Shown here piece after piece: positions 53,660-64,000 of a stretch of 64,000 nucleotides of DNA. A model generated the notes under the pieces. It was not told where the DNA came from. It saw only the letters and a list, made by a program, of their open reading frames with translations, and searched no databases. Position 1 is the first letter of the stretch; each line of letters starts with the position of its first letter. Source of the DNA: Chara braunii. Taxonomy: Eukaryota; Plantae; Charophyceae. The translations under genes were made by a program, and so were the position numbers. The stretch is from NCBI GenBank assembly GCA_003427395.1, contig BFEA01000011.1, positions 4,179,532-4,243,531 on the forward strand, read 5' to 3'.

Positions 53660-54761
53660 GCGGGTGCAGAGCGTCAGATATGTCACCGTCATTATGACTG
53701 GATCGGGACTGAAAAATGCCTATTACACAGAGTGCCACTTCATGCCCGGCCATCATAGCAGTGTACCTGGAGCAGCATTCAGTCCAGATGTTACGATAAT
53801 GACCGGGCATTCTGTTCCGGTGAAGACCATAGTTGCTTCGTTTTGAATGCTGATCTCCTCACTACTTTTCCAATGCTAAAACAGCACCACCCCATTTTGC
53901 AACTGCCGCGGTCAGCACACTTGGTCCGTGGGATATCGTCAAAATCAAAGTCAGACAAGAACGGCCTGTGCGGCTACGGCTGACGTTTAGAAAGGAGTAT
54001 GGTGAACGATGCAATGACCGGGAGAGAAAGCCGAATTGGGGGTGGTGGATTGGAAAATAGAAGAGAAAATGAAACAGTTGGAAGGTGATAGGTGTAGGCA
54101 GTGTTGGATAATTTGACAAGGCACTGCGAACATACATTCTAATTTCTAAGTGTAAAATGGGGCAAACAATTGCAGAAGAGCAGGAAACATTACGGTAATC
54201 AGGGAAGAAAATCACCAAATCAAGACGGCAAGTGAGCAAGGGTGCAAAGTTTGGAAAGAGGAGTGCTCACCTGGTTCATTTGATCCTTTTTTTTTTTACT
54301 TTATTTTTTTGCTATTGCCAGTTGGTTTATATGGTGTCCACTCTATGAACTGGTGACAAGCCTGGCTTAAAAGGTGGGGGACGTCATTATAATGACCCTG
54401 AAAAACCCTGAAAATTTAGGACTCTGTTACCGCTTCTTGGTCTGTGATCGTCGTGTCCATCGGTCTGTTGGTTTGTCCGTCCGTCCCATTCGTGTATGAC
54501 AAAACTGTTTGATATAAGCCACCACTACCTCGTAGGAGGGCTTCCTTGTTCCCGAAGTGGTGACCATGATAGGCCCGGAATTTCCCATCCCAGACTGTGA
54601 AAGACAGGTATGGTCGCATTATGGTGGTTTAAGGCTACAGCACAAGAAGTCAATGGCATGAGCGAAATATAAGCCTTCCCGTTTGAAAAACATCCCAAGA
54701 TTGATTAAAGACCCATTCTTTACAGGGACAGACAAATCCACTAGGTTTTTCGGGAGTTGAG

Positions 54762-54973
54762 TTAAGCCACCACTACCTTTCAGAGTGGAAGGATAAGTCG
54801 TGAATATCACCTATACCGCATTCTTCGGGTACAGTGAGCCTCCTCCGAACCAAAATGACTGGCGGAGCCAGGTAAGACAGAAGAAAAAAGGTTGCGCTGG
54901 TGTTTCGACAAAGCTTAGTGCACAGTTCTTCTCCGCCTCGGCAAGAAGAGGCTCGAAGGTAGTGGTGGTTTAA
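54762..54973. mobile_element. TTAA-flanked MITE
   Basis: ttaa|gccaccactacc...ggtagtggtggt|ttaa. Confidence 0.75.
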
Positions 54974-55170
54974 TCAATTATCATAGAGCGAAATCTGCAT
55001 TCCACAGATGCATAGACCCCTTCCCGACTACTGATAACATTGTTGGTGTTTTGCTTTCTTTCTCCCCCCCCTTTCTCCCCCCCGCCCCCCCNNNNNNNNN
55101 NNNNNNNNNNNNNNNNNNNNNNNNNNCCCCCCCCCTTTTTCTAAGTCCCTTTTCTTTGTCAGGTACTGTG

Positions 55171-55285
55171 GACATGGAAGATTAGCATGGGTCCTGTGAT
55201 AATAAGAAAAAGGAAAAATAAATTAGGAGGAAAAAAAGACATGGAAGATTAGCATGGGTCCTGTGAGAAGATGACCCACAAAGAT
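55171..55285 (+). pseudogene. U6: U6 remnant split by an A-rich insert with a 29-bp duplication
   Basis: gacatggaagattagcatgggtcctgtga occurs twice; the second copy continues gaagatgacccacaaa like U6. Confidence 0.65.
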
Positions 55286-55332
55286 AGGAAAAAAGTGCCT
55301 GTTTGCCAAAGAGAGCCTTGTTTTTTTTTTTT

Positions 55333-55456
55333 TGGACAAACAATGGCTCCGGCTGCTATTGGGGGTGATATGAGCATCCCTCAATAGCAACCTTCTGTCA
55401 TTGGCTCTCCTGTCCATTGGTGGGGAGCATCACCTTCCAAAGAGGGCTAAGATGAG
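55333..55456 (-). ncRNA. Family X diverged paralog
   Basis: GGTGATGCTCCCCACCAAT core, GGTTGCTATTG/CAATAGCAGCC hairpin, TGTTT, poly(A). Confidence 0.5.
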
Positions 55457-55485
55457 TTTTTAAGAAACAATTTGTCAGAACTTAC

Positions 55486-55544
55486 CTGTACATTCGAGAT
55501 GAGTACTGCCCTACAAGCTCCTTCATGAGAGGCAACTCGGATAT
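55486..55544 (-). CDS. NUP188: NUP188-like micro-exon C (ISELPLMKELVGQYSSRMY)
   Basis: Boundaries aacag|ATA and AG|gtaagt; 59 nt, phase 0 to 2. Resembles the plant Nup188 PAFSELLAQYS..GYS segment. Not in the ORF track in this frame. Confidence 0.75.
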
Positions 55545-57106
55545 CTGTTTGGGTTTGGCATGCAGACAGGCAAAGACCAGCCCCATCAGAACATGACTGC
55601 ATGAAATTGTGCCACAAACACACTGCAAATATCTCAACTAAATCCAAGCAAGCATGACAACTTTCCCCTCAGTCACCTTTTGTTTTGCCCCAGTCTCCAG
55701 CTATACTACCTTCTTCCCCCTCCCCCCCAAGAAAAAAAACACAACGCACCCTCATTTTGGCTCTCTACTGGACCTGAAATTTAGCTTGTATACATTCATT
55801 TTCAGGGTGCATTATGTTCAGGGGTCAACGGTGCAAATGGGGACACCGGGAAACAGTTCTCAGCTACCGTCTTCACCCGAATAGAATGCCTGGTCATTAT
55901 GGCTGTATTTAGGCCAACTTTCAGACCGGATGCAGCGACAATGACCGGGCGTTTTATTCAGGTGAAGACGGTAGTACACTTACCAGTCTGGACAGCATAG
56001 ACAAGGCAAGTCATCAACTAGTACATTTATGACCCCGGACCGTGCAGGGATCCTTTTTCTCTGTTTGTAGTCATGCATACACCTGCCTGCCCGGCCGATA
56101 AACACAGGGCACATGTAACTAAACCAACCAGCACGTCAAGAGCTCAAATGCTGGAGATGATCCCATGAGGGGTGGCAGCGGTTAAATAAAAAGAAAGAAC
56201 ATGTTGGAAGCAGTAGAAAACCAAAAACTTGCATTTCCAGAAACCTGTTATCCCAACTGCTCGCGCATTTGTCTAAAGCAAGGACAATGCTTCCAAAGGG
56301 CAAAAATGCCTGGTAATTATCTCTGTATCTAGACTGAAAGGTGCCCTAAATACTGCGATAATGACCAGGCCTTCTATTTGGGTGACAAATACCTGGTAAA
56401 TTTTGGTAATTATATAAATGGATTCACGCTGCAAGCTTTCCCATTCCCAGTTCCAGGGTCCTGAATTATCCCAGCCCAAGGCCCCCATCGATTAGAATAC
56501 GAGGGTCTGTTGGATCCGGTGTTGCAGGCCGCTAGTCTACAGTACCGTACAGTACCTGTAGGAGCACATCAAGTCCCCAAAAGTCCAATTTTGCAGCAGC
56601 CTCACCAGAAAGTCGGGAACTTTCCCAAAATAGCAATTTGGCAAGGCAGAGGCCGGTATCGATTGAAGCAGGCACGGACAGCCCACTCACTGCAACTATA
56701 TATTTTGGGCTACAGCGCCAGAAGGGTGGCAGTTGTTCATTTCGCAAATTTGTGGAAGTGCTGCTGGAGCTTGTGCAGACTTGGACAAAGAAGAATGCTG
56801 AAGGGAGGAAGAAGACCAGCGCCCTAGCGGTCAGCTAGACTGCTGCCGTGACACTGTAGGCCAGGTGATCCCAACAAGAAGCTGAAATGGACAACTCCAG
56901 CACCCTCAGCGCCTTCAGAAGTCTGGGCTGACCTCTGAACAGCACTGGGCTGTGATGTTGGCTGTTGGATCTCTGATGTGCAAGGACCTGGCGTCCAAGG
57001 CTCTGTACGAACCCCGTACAACCAACATTGAGAGATATAGAATATGGAGTCGGTGCTGCAGACCAGGGAACCTTCATATGGTTCTCAACCGAGTAGGCAG
57101 CTTGGG

Positions 57107-57142
<36 letters not shown>

Positions 57143-57555
57143 GCTTGGGTCCCTTGGGGCTACGACTCCCATGCCAGAGAAACTGCCCACTTCCGTTTAC
57201 GGTGGTGGTCGTCGGGTATGTGGAATGATTGGAGGTTCTTGGGAATGCGGAAAGCTTATTTGCCGTAATTTTCGAGGTTCTCGTTGTTTCGCACTTTGCC
57301 TTGTCGTGTCGCCTACCTTGAGTGTGCTAGACTTGGTCGTGTATCTCGACGTGTGCGTAGTTGACTTGGCTTTCTTTCACCTATGTGAATGAGACTCTTA
57401 CATGACATGCTATGACTGCCATGCCAGAGAAACTGCCCAAACAGCAATAGCAACGCAGACGATCTTTTGTTTCAAAGAAAACGACGAAAAACAAGTTTCA
57501 CACCTCTGGACGAGACAGGTAGACAAATCCAGATCACCTGCAAGCGTACAGAGCC

Positions 57556-58663
57556 TGTTACATACTTCAATGAGTATGGGCAGAACCAAAGATCAACCAA
57601 TGCAGGATGAGCATATATGCAGCGGAAGTCTGATAAACGGACTGACTCACATAGACTGACTCACCTAGACTGACTCACATAGAATTACTCCACACACATA
57701 CAATCGTGAGATGGTGGGGTCTGGGCCAAGCATGGACGATGCCCAGATCCCGTACACACATACACAGATGAAAGGTGGGAGGAGAGACGAAGGAGGTGGG
57801 GGAGGTAGACAGCACCGGTAGGTCACCGAGATAGAATCCGATAGGTCACAATATGGTAGTCCAAAATGTCATCCAACAAGATCAAATTGTCGAGGACAAT
57901 CAGTCACCAATGTCGGAGGTACAGAGTCCAAATGTAACCGGTGTCCGAACTGTGATGCCGCCAAGTATCAACCCCAACAATCTCCAAGTCTCCAATCCGG
58001 TAAGTATCACAGTCTCATACCACCGAAGTCCAACACTGATCTCTGTCCACTAGTATAAGTCTCCAATCTGAAGAAGAAGAAGAAGTCTGAAGAGAAGAAG
58101 AAGAAGAAGAAGCAGAAGAAGAAGAAGGAGGAGGAGCCGAGGAGGAGAGAGAGAGAGGGGGGACTGACGATGGGAGGGAGGAGAGAACCTCCGGCTCCCT
58201 GATACCTCAGGCGGCGATGGCCGCCGGTCTGGCTCAGTCGCCCAGCTGCTACTCCGCTCGCCGCTGCTGCGCTGATGCTGCGCTGCGCTGCTCCTCGCTG
58301 CTCCTGCGCTAAAGATAGCGCCAGCGCTAATGTGCGCTGTACCATACCGTACCGGTAGAGTGCCGGTAGGTCGATCCTTCGACTGAGGCTGGACCGGTTC
58401 TTTATACCGGTGGGGCAGAGGCCGGCCTCAATGCTGCGAGGCCTGGCCGTGCCCTGAACCGTCCAGATGGACGGTTCAGCCCCAACCGGCTGGCGGCAGC
58501 CTCAAGAGCGCCGCCAGGCCCAAACGGTAATGTCGTTTGGGCCTGCCCGTCGGGTCTGGTCCAAGGTGAGGCCTTTACGGCCTGTAGTACCCCCCAAGGT
58601 CGGGCCTTTGGCCCTACTGTGTCCCTCTACCCCTAGGACCCGTGTGGCGTCGAAGATGTAACA
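57556..58663. mobile_element. Solo LTR, family B
   Basis: Inverted ends tgttacatacttc and gaagatgtaaca; 5-bp TSD gagcc. Confidence 0.8.
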
Positions 58664-58841
58664 GAGCCCTTTGAACTGATCAGCCCTGTCAGGCTTGGGG
58701 TCCAGGTCACGCATGCCATACAAGCAGTTAATGAACCAGACGCAACTGCTGTCGACATGAATGCTGCAAATGAGCATGCGCACCCGAAGCACCCACACCT
58801 GTTGTTTCACTGCCAAGAGCCTTCTAGCACGTCAGAGTTGG

Positions 58842-59017
58842 TTAAACCACAAGTACATCCAGCTATCGGTCACGGGCGCCCATCAGAATCCAGTAGGCGA
58901 CACAGGCCACCATTCTTTTTTTTCGACGGTGCGCCGCCTGCGCCATCTTTGTCGGAAGAAACTCGTAGGCGACGAGTTTCTTTTCAGCAAGGCTGGGGCC
59001 GTGTACTAGCGGTTTAA
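58842..59017. mobile_element. TTAA-flanked MITE (diverged)
   Basis: ttaa|accacaagtac...gtactagcggt|ttaa. Confidence 0.6.
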
Positions 59018-59374
59018 TAATCATCCTTCGGCCTAGATTTCAAGTTTCGAGTGGTGATCTTATTCCTATTCAACACGATTTCACGCTCCTGCAATCGCCT
59101 GTTCTGTTCAAAGGTTCACCTTCACAATACCTGCTATATCGAGAAATGATACAGATCCTGTACCAAGGTACATTGAGCGGCACTTTGTTTTTACTTCTTT
59201 TTTGTTTTTCAAAGTTTTAGTACAGAATCAATACAGATGAAATGCAAATTTCTCGACTTGCCGGTGGAAAAGGAGCCGCAATGCTGCTCCCCAGAATAGA
59301 GGGAGCCTTGTTAAAAAAAAAAAGAAAAAAGAAAAAGAAAGTACAGATGAATTGCGGGCTTCCCAGATAAATAC

Positions 59375-59482
59375 CTTTCTGGAAATGTCCGCAATGCGCC
59401 TACTCAGCTCCATGTGGAGGCCCCTCTCATAGCCCGTCATCCACTGTGCCATAATGCCGACAACTAGTGCCCTTGCCTCTTC
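59375..59482 (-). CDS. NUP188: NUP188-like exon B (EEARALVVGIMAQWMTGYERGLHMELSRRIADISRK)
   Basis: Boundaries ctgcag|GAA and AAG|gtatt; 108 nt, phase 0 to 0, in frame with both neighbours. Confidence 0.75.
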
Positions 59483-59672
59483 CTGCAGGAGGGTGAAACC
59501 CCATCAATTTGCACCACAGGACAGCCCATGCCAGCTAAGTTTCCTAGACAGGCCCTTTGGGGAAAAAACCTTAAGCATGACTGAATGTGGATAAGACTCA
59601 TAAGAGGGCAAAACCGCAAAACCACATAAATATGGACTAAAAGAACCTTCTTCCCCCGAATACGACGTACGG

Positions 59673-59874
59673 CTAGGTTACCAGAGTGGCTCGGGACCAC
59701 TTGCCCGGCCGGCCCAAAAACAAATAATAAAATAAAAGATAATAGAAATAAAATTTCAATTTTTAATTTTTATTTAAAACTTGGTAAAGAATTTCGATGT
59801 GACCCTGAGGCAAAAGCTGTTCAGTTTCTTTTTCTGCATAACTGCCATAACTGGCATAACATAGTTTTTCCGGA

Positions 59875-59915
<41 letters not shown>

Positions 59916-59997
59916 TTGCTGGGACCTTCCCTGGTCCTTGCACGGCCGGGCCACCCGGGAAAACAGGGTGACCCGGGCGGCCCGGCTGGTAGCCTAG
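59673..59997. mobile_element. hAT-like MITE
   Basis: TIR ctaggttaccag/ctggtagcctag; 8-bp TSD acgtacgg/acgtatgg. Confidence 0.75.
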
Positions 59998-61207
59998 ACG
60001 TATGGTCATTATACCTGTATTTAAACCGGAATATACCCCAAATACATAATGACGGTACACATTGTATTCAGGGGAAGAAGGTAGTAAAGTTCTAAGACTC
60101 GTATGTTTTATGAGCACTTAGGGCAATTTAAAAAACGGCGAAACGTCAGAAACATCAAACTGACCAACAGCTCTCCACAGGAAAAGAAAACAGTTTACGT
60201 CGTTTACAAGGCCATCACATTACTTAACACTGGAGGAGTTCGCTACTACGGAGGGAAGCATGACTGAACTCCACCCTTTGTGTGTATTTTCAGGACTTGC
60301 TAATGGAAAATGAGAACATGTCTATGAATGTAATCATGCATTTTGTTAACGCAATTGAAAATGTCAAGCCTATTTTAAAAGTAAGTAAAGTCAGAATCTT
60401 CAGGAACCACCCAATTAGTCTCATCCATCATACCAAAGAGTCGTCAAGACACCTTAGCTCTTCGCTCTTCGGTGAATTCTTGATAGCACCTTGTGGAGAC
60501 GGCGTTTATCATAACATAACATTGATTAAGACCGGAGGAGTTGGCAAGGTTTTCTATTTGGGACAAAATAACATGTTCTGCAAAGAGAGAGGTTGCAAGC
60601 GCTGACAGGTTAGCGCTATCGCAAATGGCCCGGTGCGCTAACGCGCGGAACTGGCCGGGGGAGACAGGTGATGCCATCGCCCCCGGTGTCCATTGCCGGA
60701 GGCCATCAACTCCATCGCGAACGGCCCTGTGCGTTGACGGGCAAAAACTGACCGAGGGGGAGACCAGGAATTCCCTAGCGCCTGGCAACTACGAAAGGAA
60801 GCATGACTAAACTCCACCCTATGCATGTATTTTCAGGACTTGCTGCTAATGAAATGGAACAGCACAAATGCTCTCCAGAATGGAGGAACTTGTCACTTTG
60901 GCGGCAAAACAAACCATACCATTCATGCGCCACTCAGCAAGATGTCAAGGGTGCGAAATAGGCTAGCTGGACAGTCAATCGTCTGTCACTGGAGTAAAAT
61001 CGGTGCTGTTCAGGGGAATCCGTCGGCCTAAACAGGCATAATCGTAGAATGTGTCAAACTAGATATTATATTTCAGGTTTCAACTTGCCTGGGAAAAGGC
61101 ACTCGGCTGAGGCGCCCCAGAACCGACATGGAAAAGAAAGAAGTACTTGTGAAGTTCTTAACATGAGTACACAAGCATGCACACACAGACACACACACAT
61201 GCATGCA

Positions 61208-61288
<81 letters not shown>

Positions 61289-61489
61289 NNNNNNNNNNNN
61301 NNNNNNNNNNNNNNNNNNNNNNNNNNNNNNNNNNNNNNNNNNNNNNNNNNNNNNNNNNNNNNNNNNNNNNNNNNNNNNNNNNNNNNNNNNNNNNNNNNNN
61401 NNNNNNNNNNNNNNNNNNNNNNNNNNNNNNNNNNNNNNNNNNNNNNNNNNNNNNNNNNNNNNNNNNNNNNNNNNNNNNNNNNNNNNNNN

Positions 61490-61564
<75 letters not shown>

Positions 61565-61927
61565 AGGGCACCAGCACATTCTGATTGTTTGCGAACCACA
61601 AACTTCAGACACAGCACAGTTTGGCTCTCACACATGCCAATTCTTTGGATATACAAGGCCCTCAGCATTTCGGTTTTTCCGCATGGGGCCATGGGCCCTT
61701 TTCCGCATTTTTCAGACAGGAAGCAGTTGTTTTTTGTCAGATGGGCTGAAGTTGCCAATTTTTCAGACGCAACGGAACAGCTCCAAAAAGAGGCCAATCT
61801 TAAAAGTTTCTAATCAGCTCCGAAATCCAGCTCCTGGACTGGCGGACAACCACAGCTCAATTCTGATGGACGCTCCATTATTTCTCTATTGTGGGGGATA
61901 ATGGACACTGTGACGCGCACAACTAAC

Positions 61928-62528
61928 CTGAGCTCGTCGCTGAGTCTCCTTATCATACAAACTCAAAGTATACCGCCGCATCACCGAAGCAGGACTCAGA
62001 GATGAGTGCTTTGACCATTCCAATATCACTTGTAGACCCTGGAGTGCAGCCGTCATACCTGCCTCCTTACTGGACGCTAAGCCTCCCCCCTGTCCATCCT
62101 CCAGCAGCAACAACTTGCCTGTTTCCTTCTCTTTACTCGTGGCATTAGCATCCACCATGTGCTGATGAAGGAAGATGTCAAAAGAAACAAGTTGCAGCAC
62201 TGATGCTTCACATTGAAGGTGATACGCCAGGAAAAGCAGCTCCTGCTTTTTCAAAGTGGCATTGCTCACATGGTGGCTATCCAGTTCCATCGTGCTTGAT
62301 CCAATGACTGCTGCCCAATCCTTGTTAATATTGGATGATAATGGTGCAGGGCCCTTTGACATTGCACGCAGCAGGACCTCTTCCGATGACTGAGAAAACA
62401 GGCATGAGGAAATGGACTGCCAAAATGTTGTCTTCGCTCGTACAGCATCAATGAGTCGATAAAGAACTGATCCAGATTGCCACATAGACGCTAGCAAGAA
62501 GAGTACTTCAGACAGCACCCGCGGATTG
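61928..62528 (-). CDS. NUP188: NUP188-like nucleoporin, internal exon A
   Basis: Reads SNPRVLSEVLFLLASMWQ...LAYHLQCEASVLQLVSFDIFL, resembling plant Nup188 as recalled. Acceptor accag|C, donor CAG|gttag; 601 nt, phase 2 to 0. Confidence 0.8.
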
Positions 62529-62917
62529 CTGGTCATGTGTGATTCCAATCACCAACCACAGGAAGAGAATATTTAGAGGAATCGCAACACCCAAACACGC
62601 CTTTGATTTGAAGCAACTTTGCAGAAGTGAAATTCAATATCAATGCCCAAAACGTGCGAGAAGGTCATGCTTTTCCAGCATGGATACGGATGCACTCTCT
62701 CCCTCCCTCCCCCTCTCTCTCCCTCNNNNNNNNNNNNNNNNNNNNNNNNNNNNNNNNNNNNNNNNNNNNNNNNNNNNNNNNNNNNNNNNNNNNNNNNNNN
62801 NNNNNNNNNNNNNNNNNNNNNNNNNNNNNNNNNNNNNNNNNNNNNNNNNNNNNNNNNNNNNNNNNNNNNNNNNNNNNNNNNNNNNNNNNNNNNNNNNNNN
62901 NNNNNNNNNNNNNNNNN

Positions 62918-62991
<74 letters not shown>

Positions 62992-63299
62992 GCACACACA
63001 CACACACACACAAAATCAGTTTTATGTGTTTGTCTTTCTCCTTTTTGTATGTTTTCTTCCTATTTTCTCTAACTTTTTGTATGTCCAGCTGAGCACCTCT
63101 AAGCAGTGCGAAACAATCGGTCACTCATCGTTTGGAGTGCCTGCAGCACTCTTAGGGGGGATGCTGAGTTCGGAATACGTGTGTTTCCTGCGGGTGAGGA
63201 CAGATGTTCGCCTGGGTGTCTCCCTGGCTCCGCGGGTAGTGCAAACCAACAGTCTGTGGGGTTCACCCGTGATGTGAGTAGGTGACGTGCCACTTTGCT

Positions 63300-63830
63300 C
63301 GGTGTTGGATGTGTAGACTGCCTTGCCTTGTCTGCATTTCACTGCTGCCTTCCTGCCCGTCCCGCTTGTTTCGCACGTCAGTCGTTGCGGGTTGCTGTGT
63401 TTGCTGTGTGCTCTGAGCGCAGTGTTGGTGTTGCCCGGTGCTTCACTGCATTGCTACCTTGCCGGCCATTCGCATGCCGTGTCTCCCGTGTTCCCTGCTT
63501 ATGTGCCCTGTAGTCTGGCTGCTGTGTTGGTGTTGCGTTGTGCTTTGCTGCACTGTCGCCTTGTTGCTCAGCTGCTTGCCCTGTCGTTCCTTGCAGTAGT
63601 CTTTGGCGGTGTGCAGTTGGGCTGCACCCGCAGCGTTGCCTGGTGCTTCGTTGAGTTGTTGCCTGCTGCTGTGTGTGTGGCTGCCTTGTTGGTGTTGCCT
63701 TGTGCTTCACTGCATGGCTGCATTGCTGCTCGTCTGCTTTCCATGTCGTTCCTCGCAGAAGTCTTTTGTGTTGTGCAGTTTGGTTGCTCCGGCAGCGTTG
63801 CCGGGTGCTTCACTGAGTTGTTACCTGACT
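63300..63830. repeat. GT-rich ~130-bp diverged tandem repeat
   Basis: gttgcc.ggtgcttcactg and gtcgttcct.gcag recur at regular spacing. Confidence 0.65.
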
Positions 63831-64000
63831 GTCTGTCTTCAATGAGGGTCAAAGGGTTCATGACCCACACCATCAATATAGGCATTCCGCAGGTTGTCGA
63901 GGGTTCAGCCTCCAGATGAGTCAGTGTAACTCTGACAAAACAATCTTTTTATCATCAGTTTCTATTTTTCTCGCTCTTGTGTTTTTTTGTTGTTGACAAT

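Noticed and set aside
63323-63919. 198-aa hydrophobic Cys-rich ORF
   Set aside because: Translation of a GT-rich tandem repeat, antisense within a probable NUP188 intron.

Overview
Eukaryotic, repeat-rich draft-assembly DNA with many N gaps and (GA)n microsatellites. Plant-type snRNA sequences and very large TE-filled introns suggest a streptophyte alga such as Chara (inference). One real gene is supported: six phase-consistent minus-strand exons of a NUP188-like nucleoporin (62528 to 40305), whose 5' part lies beyond the window. The rest is mostly retroposition debris. It includes a decayed L1/Tx1-type LINE, a Penelope-like element with GIY-YIG upstream of RT and pseudo-LTRs, an NDUFS4 processed pseudogene, solo LTRs, MITEs and bare poly(A) insertions with TSDs. 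There are several U2 and U6 snRNA retrocopies, including a U2 copy nested inside a U6 copy. The best candidate for something undescribed is a family of poly(A)-tailed retrocopies of an unidentified ~115-nt structured RNA (hairpin, H-type pseudoknot, variable hairpin, U-rich end), with about 6 clear and 3-4 diverged copies. A Nextera mate-pair junction adapter with a false duplication is embedded at 43606-43643.
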